Shown here piece by piece: positions 48,051-52,747 of a stretch of 52,747 nucleotides of DNA. Position 1 is the first letter of the stretch; every line of letters begins with the position of its first letter. Source of the DNA: Gammaproteobacteria bacterium (GTDB lineage: Bacteria; Pseudomonadota; Gammaproteobacteria; GCA-001735895). Position numbers and translations under genes: made by a program. The stretch spans positions 1 through 52,747 of the forward strand of contig JBFFXR010000002.1 of assembly GCA_041569645.1 (NCBI GenBank). Direction: 5' to 3'. Below the pieces are notes generated by a model, which saw nothing but the letters and a program-made list of their open reading frames with translations, searched no databases and had not been told where the DNA came from.

Positions 48051-48875
48051 ATGAATCTGCAAAATAAAATTTCGATCACGGGCTTGACCGACGCCGGACG
48101 CGTGAGGGAAAAAAACGAAGACGCAATCGGCTTCGACAGTGCGCTCGGACTGGTTGTGCTCGCCGACGGCATGGGCGGTCATCGCGGCGGCGAAATAGCC
48201 AGCAGCATGACGGTCGACAAGATCATCGGCGATTTACAGCAGCGCCTGCCCGAAATCGAAACCGGCGAAATCGACGAAGCCAGCGGCTTTTCAATGGAGT
48301 CGATCTGCATCCAGGATGCGGTCGTCGCGGCCAACGAGCTGGTCTACAATACCGCCGAAGCGAACCCCGAGCACAAGGGAATGGGCACGACGATCGTCGT
48401 GCTGCAGTTCTACAACAATTCGTTTTCCCTCGCGCACATCGGCGACTCACGCTGTTACCGTTTGCGCAGCGACAAAATCGAGCAAATTACCAAGGATCAT
48501 TCGCTGCTGCAGGAACTCATCGACCGGGGCTTTTACACCCCCGAGGAAGCGCGCAATTCGATGAACAAGAACCTCGTTACTCGCGCGCTCGGCATCGATC
48601 CGATCGTCATGCCGGACATCCAGGAAGATATAGTCCTGAAAAACGACATATATTTGCTATGTTCTGATGGATTAACCGATTTAGTTGAAGACAACGATAT
48701 ATACTTAACTATTAAGCAATTTAGTGCTAATCTAGAAGATGCTGCCAAGCAATTGATTACAAAGGCAAACCAGAAAGGCGGAAAGGACAATATTTCGGTA
48801 ATGCTATGCCGAATCGACGAGGATTTTTCGACCAAACAGGGCTGGTTCAAAAAGTTGGTTGGATGGTTCGATTAA
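48051..48875 (+). CDS. PP2C-family Ser/Thr protein phosphatase
   Basis: 274 aa; TDAGRVREKNEDA, LADGMGGH, LCSDGLTD, GGKDNISV. The last ~80 codons are encoded by markedly AT-rich DNA. Confidence 0.9.
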   Translation: MNLQNKISITGLTDAGRVREKNEDAIGFDSALGLVVLADGMGGHRGGEIASSMTVDKIIGDLQQRLPEIETGEIDEASGFSMESICIQDAVVAANELVYNTAEANPEHKGMGTTIVVLQFYNNSFSLAHIGDSRCYRLRSDKIEQITKDHSLLQELIDRGFYTPEEARNSMNKNLVTRALGIDPIVMPDIQEDIVLKNDIYLLCSDGLTDLVEDNDIYLTIKQFSANLEDAAKQLITKANQKGGKDNISVMLCRIDEDFSTKQGWFKKLVGWFD

Positions 48876-48920
48876 CGGATTAGACCGGTTTCAAAATTTC
48901 TCTAGAGGCTGAATCACAAC

Positions 48921-49643
48921 ATGGTCGCAAAACTGATAATGACATCGAGCTCGGGCGAGCAGACCGAATACGAACTGGTCAACGAAACCACGACGATTGG
49001 ACGCAAGCCGGGCAATGATATTCAGATCGACAATCTGTCAGTCAGCGGCCGCCACGCTCAGGTCATCACGATTCTCGAGGACTCTTTTCTCGAGGATCTC
49101 GGCAGCACCAACGGCACCTATGTCAACGGCAAACTGGTCAAGAAACACGCGCTCGAGCACGGCGACAACATCACGCTGGGCAAGTATCAAATCACCTATC
49201 ACAACGCCGCCAGCGGCGGCGAGCAGGATTTCGAGCAAACGATGATCATCCGCCCCGGCGAGGCGGGCATGCCCGAGGAAGCCGGTGGCAAAGAAATCGA
49301 CAAATCGGTACAAAAAATTTCCGCGGCGATTGCCTCGGAGGCCGCGAGCGCCGCGGCTTCGCCGATGTCGAACCGCGAAGCCTGCCTGCAACTGCTGTCC
49401 GGCGCCAATGCCGGCAAGGAACTGATCCTGACCAAGGCCCTGACGACGATCGGCCAACCCGGGGTCCAGGTTGCCGCGATTACCCGCCGGCCGCAGGGAT
49501 TCTTCCTGATTCACGTCGACGGTGGCCCCAATAACAATGTTCCCAAGGTCGGCGGTTCCCCGATCGGCTCCAATGCTCACGAACTCAAAAGCCACGACAT
49601 CATCGAGATCGCTGGCGTCAAGATGGAATTCTATCTGAAGTAA
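48921..49643 (+). CDS. FHA-domain protein (canonical N-terminal FHA plus degenerate C-terminal FHA-like domain)
   Basis: 240 aa. FHA-1: TTIGRKPGNDIQIDNLSVSGRHAQV...GSTNGTYVNG (GR, SxxH, NG all present). The C-terminal TTIGQPGV...IIEIAGVKMEFY lacks these residues. Confidence 0.85.
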   Translation: MVAKLIMTSSSGEQTEYELVNETTTIGRKPGNDIQIDNLSVSGRHAQVITILEDSFLEDLGSTNGTYVNGKLVKKHALEHGDNITLGKYQITYHNAASGGEQDFEQTMIIRPGEAGMPEEAGGKEIDKSVQKISAAIASEAASAAASPMSNREACLQLLSGANAGKELILTKALTTIGQPGVQVAAITRRPQGFFLIHVDGGPNNNVPKVGGSPIGSNAHELKSHDIIEIAGVKMEFYLK

Positions 49644-49686
49644 ATTCGGCGGCCGGCTCCGCCGATTCACACCCCGGGAGCAAGTC

Positions 49687-51918
49687 ATGCAGCTACAGCG
49701 CATCGTTCGGCTGGTGCTCAGCGCGCTGATTTTGCTCGTGCTGCTTATCGATACTTCCGGTCTCTACGACTATCCTTTTGTTCGGCAACTCGAGAACTGG
49801 ACCTACGACGCGCGCCTGAATTTCACCCTGCCGCGCGATCTCGACGAACGCATCGTCATCGTCGACATCGACGAGAACTCGCTCGCCGAGGTCGGTCGCT
49901 GGCCGTGGAGCCGCGACAAGCTCGCGACGATGGTCGACAATCTCTTCGAATACTACCAGGCCGACGTGGTCGGTTTCGATATCGTGTTTGCCGAGAAGGA
50001 CGAGAGCTCCGGACTGGACAAATTCGAGGAGCTCGCGCGCACGACTCTGAGCGACAACCCCGAATACAAAAAGGCACTCGACGATATCCGGCCGAGCCTG
50101 CGGCACGACGAAATCTTCGCCAACAGCCTGGTCGGGCGCGACGTCGTCCTCGGCTATTACTTCAAGTATTCGTTGCAGGAGGGTGAGTCGGGCGTGACCG
50201 GCCTGCTGCCCCCGGCACTGACCAAGATGGACGCGCAGTGGCGCGAGCGCCTGCCGATCAACAAGGCCGCCGGCTATGGCGGCAACCTCGAGATCCTGCA
50301 GGTATCGGCGCGCAGCGGCGGATACTTCGATAACCCTTATGTCGACCCCGACGGCGTGTTCCGCCGCGTGCCGCTGATCCAGTCCTACAAGGGCTACCTG
50401 TTCGCGTCGCTCGCACTCGCCACCGCCCAAGCACACCTCGATGCTTCCGGCATCGAGCTGGTGGTCGAATCCTCGGGAAAAAAGGGCGGCAAGGAGTACT
50501 ACGCGCTGGAAACCATCAAACTGGAGAATTACCGGATTCCGGTGGACATGAACGGCGCCGTATTCGTTCCCTTCCGCGGGCCGCAGGGAAGCTTCCCGTA
50601 CGTCTCGGCACACGAAGTCCTGTCTCGCGATGCCAGGCCGGAGCAGTTGCGAAACAAGATCGTACTCGTCGGCACATCGGCTCCGGGCCTGCTCGATCTT
50701 CGTTCGACGCCGGTACAAAACGTTTATCCCGGGGTCGAGGTTCACGCCAATATCATTTCCGGAATCCTCGACGAGCGTATCAAGCACAAGCCGGCCTGGA
50801 CCGTCGGCTACGAGTTCGTCCTGCTGGTCGTCATCGCGGTCAGCATGGCCCTGTTGCTGCCGATCGTCTCGCCGCTGCTTGCGACCGCAGGGACATTGAC
50901 GCTCACCGCAATCGTGCTCGCCGGTACCTTCTTCGCCTGGGAAAACAACCTGATACTGCCGCTCGCGAGCCCGCTGTTGCTGCTCGTACTGATGTTCATG
51001 CTGCACATGACCTACGGTTTTTTCATCGAATCGCGCGGCAAGCGCCAGCTCGCCAACCTGTTCGGCCAGTACATCCCGCCGGAACTGGTCGACGAGATGA
51101 GCGCCTCGCCCCAGGAATTCTCGCTCGACGGCGAGAATCGCGAAATGACCGTGCTGTTTTCCGACGTTCGCGGCTTCACGACGATTTCCGAAGGCATGGA
51201 TCCCAAACAGCTGACCCAGTTGATGAACGCGCTGCTGACGCCGATGACGCGGGTCATACACAAATACCGCGGCACCATCGACAAGTACATGGGCGACGCG
51301 ATCATGGCTTTCTGGGGCGCACCGCTGGCCGATTCCGAGCACGCCCGGCACGCGCTCTACGCGGCGATGGAAATGATGGACGAGCTCAAGATCATGCAGG
51401 CAGATTTCAGGCAGCGCGGCTGGCCCGAAGTCAACATCGGTATCGGCCTCAACACCGGCGACATGAACGTCGGCAACATGGGTTCCGAATTCCGCATGGC
51501 TTACACCGTGCTCGGGGATGCGGTCAATCTCGGGTCGAGACTGGAAGGCCTGACCAAGGAATATGGTGTCAACATCATCGTCAGCGAGACGACCAAGGCG
51601 GCGATCCCGGAATTCGTCTTTCGCGAGCTGGACCTGGTGATAGTCAAAGGCAAACACGAACCGGTCGCGATCTTCGAGCCGGTCGGCCACAAGAACGATC
51701 TCGACAAATCGATCACGTCCGAACTATCGGCTTACCGCAAGGCGCTGATGTATTTCCGCGCGCAGGACTGGGACAAGGCGGAGCTCGACTTTTTCAATCT
51801 GAACCGCGCCTATCCCGACAGATTCCTCTACCAGGTCTATCTCGATCGCATCGCGATTTACCGCAAGGACCCGCCCGGCGACGACTGGGACGGCGTCTTC
51901 ACCCACACGACGAAATAA
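49687..51918 (+). CDS. CHASE2 sensor - TM - class III nucleotidyl cyclase (predicted adenylate cyclase)
   Basis: 743 aa; CHASE2 VDIDENSLAEVGRWPWSRD, TM cluster, cyclase motifs VLFSDVRGFT, IDKYMGDAIMAFWG, AYTVLGDAVNLGSRLEG. Confidence 0.88.
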   Translation: MQLQRIVRLVLSALILLVLLIDTSGLYDYPFVRQLENWTYDARLNFTLPRDLDERIVIVDIDENSLAEVGRWPWSRDKLATMVDNLFEYYQADVVGFDIVFAEKDESSGLDKFEELARTTLSDNPEYKKALDDIRPSLRHDEIFANSLVGRDVVLGYYFKYSLQEGESGVTGLLPPALTKMDAQWRERLPINKAAGYGGNLEILQVSARSGGYFDNPYVDPDGVFRRVPLIQSYKGYLFASLALATAQAHLDASGIELVVESSGKKGGKEYYALETIKLENYRIPVDMNGAVFVPFRGPQGSFPYVSAHEVLSRDARPEQLRNKIVLVGTSAPGLLDLRSTPVQNVYPGVEVHANIISGILDERIKHKPAWTVGYEFVLLVVIAVSMALLLPIVSPLLATAGTLTLTAIVLAGTFFAWENNLILPLASPLLLLVLMFMLHMTYGFFIESRGKRQLANLFGQYIPPELVDEMSASPQEFSLDGENREMTVLFSDVRGFTTISEGMDPKQLTQLMNALLTPMTRVIHKYRGTIDKYMGDAIMAFWGAPLADSEHARHALYAAMEMMDELKIMQADFRQRGWPEVNIGIGLNTGDMNVGNMGSEFRMAYTVLGDAVNLGSRLEGLTKEYGVNIIVSETTKAAIPEFVFRELDLVIVKGKHEPVAIFEPVGHKNDLDKSITSELSAYRKALMYFRAQDWDKAELDFFNLNRAYPDRFLYQVYLDRIAIYRKDPPGDDWDGVFTHTTK

Positions 51919-51921
51919 GCT

Positions 51922-52747
51922 TTACCAGCTGCGGCGCAGTTCGGCGGCGAGGATTTCGATGCCGCGCGCGAGATCTTCTTCGCTTTGCACGAAATTCATG
52001 CGAATACAGCATTCGCCGTGCGCCGAGACTTCGCGCTGGCCGGGAAAGAAGTATTTGCCCGGGACGATCAGCAGCCCGTTGCGTTTGAGGCGCTCGTAGA
52101 GTTCGCTGGTGGTGATACCCAGGTCTTCGAAGTAGAGCCACAGGAACATCGACCCCTCGGGCTTGTGGATGTGCAGCCGCGGGTCGTCGACCGCCGACTG
52201 CAGGAGTTCGACCGCGAGCCGCGAACGCTGCTGATAAAACGGCCGGATAATATTCTCGCACAGCGGCTCGAGCGCATCGTCAACGATCAGCCGGTTGACG
52301 ATCGACGCGCCGATTCCCGCCGGTGCGAGACTCGTGATCGCGGTCAGATTGGCGAAGTAGCGGATCAAGTCCTCGCTGGCAATGACGATGCCGGTACGAC
52401 TGCCGGGCAGGCCGAGTTTCGACAGGCTCATGCAGACGATGCAGTTGTCGTTCCACAACGGACTGACCTCGTCGAAAATGATGTTCGGAAACGGTGTGCC
52501 GTAGGCGCTGTCGATCAGCAGCGGCACGTCGTGATCGCGCGCGATCCGGTCGAGCTGTGCGCATTCGGTGTCGGTCAGCACGTTGCCGCTGGGATTGGTC
52601 GGCCGCGACACGCAGATCAGGCCGGTCGAGTCGTCCACGGCGAGATTGTCGAAGTCGACCTGGTACTTGAAAAAGCCGCCGTCGAGATGCTCGATACGCG
52701 CCGGCTGGCTGGTGATCAGGTCGGCCTCGATACCGAGATCGCAGTAA
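51922..52747 (-). CDS. avtA: valine-pyruvate (class I/II) aminotransferase, C-terminal part; 5' end beyond the right window edge
   Basis: The reading frame stays open upstream of the track GTG at 52638 to the window edge (YCDLGIEADLITSQPARIEHLDGGFFKYQVDFDNLAVDDSTGLICVSRPTNPSGN), resembling E. coli AvtA around ICVSRPTNPTGN; SLSK PLP-Lys motif present. Confidence 0.8.
   Translation of the reverse strand, partial: YCDLGIEADLITSQPARIEHLDGGFFKYQVDFDNLAVDDSTGLICVSRPTNPSGNVLTDTECAQLDRIARDHDVPLLIDSAYGTPFPNIIFDEVSPLWNDNCIVCMSLSKLGLPGSRTGIVIASEDLIRYFANLTAITSLAPAGIGASIVNRLIVDDALEPLCENIIRPFYQQRSRLAVELLQSAVDDPRLHIHKPEGSMFLWLYFEDLGITTSELYERLKRNGLLIVPGKYFFPGQREVSAHGECCIRMNFVQSEEDLARGIEILAAELRRSW

Noticed and set aside
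45446-48172. 908-aa ORF antisense to the whole CHASE2-kinase gene. Similar giant antisense ORFs: 4308..6092(+) opposite the asnB-like gene, 25416..27518(+) opposite secA, 18575..20512(-) opposite pilB/pilC, 36359..37696(+) opposite dnaX, 49693..51690(-) opposite the cyclase.
   Set aside because: The opposite strands carry unambiguous family motifs. The antisense products are Arg/Ala/Gly/Asp-rich with no recognisable motifs. Stop-free mirror frames are expected in GC-rich DNA with strong third-position GC bias. An overlapping gene cannot be formally excluded without ribosome profiling.

Overview
GC-rich proteobacterial chromosome segment; gene order (dnaQ-rnhA-yafS-like-mltD, motAB near orn/rsgA, ffs-dnaX-ybaB-recR) looks gammaproteobacterial, which is inference only. 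Most of it is syntenic housekeeping: aceE (partial), pyrC, rnt, grxD, an asnB-like gene, argD-argF, argA, dksA, lpxC-M23-secA-argJ-mutT, orn, rsgA, recR-ybaB-dnaX, SRP RNA, smpB, dnaQ-rnhA, mltD and avtA (partial). Embedded are a complete type IV pilus module (small Cys-rich protein, pilS, pilR, sigma-54 promoter, two tandem pilins, pilBCD), a translationally coupled motA-motB-pilZ operon, and several c-di-GMP proteins that look like receptors or degraders. The best candidate for an undescribed system is 42.4-51.9 kb, between mltD and avtA. It holds an operon of CHASE2-Ser/Thr kinase, PP2C, FHA and CHASE2-class III cyclase. Next to it are a cNMP-binding/rhodanese protein and a GAF-HD-GYP protein. 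A sharp low-GC patch and a repeat-bearing divergent promoter region lie inside it. Also notable: an E. coli-like A_AAA_AAG -1 frameshift site in dnaX and a DksA lacking three of four zinc-finger cysteines. I saw no CRISPR array, IS, integrase, tRNA or rRNA. The many long antisense ORFs in the track are GC-driven shadows.
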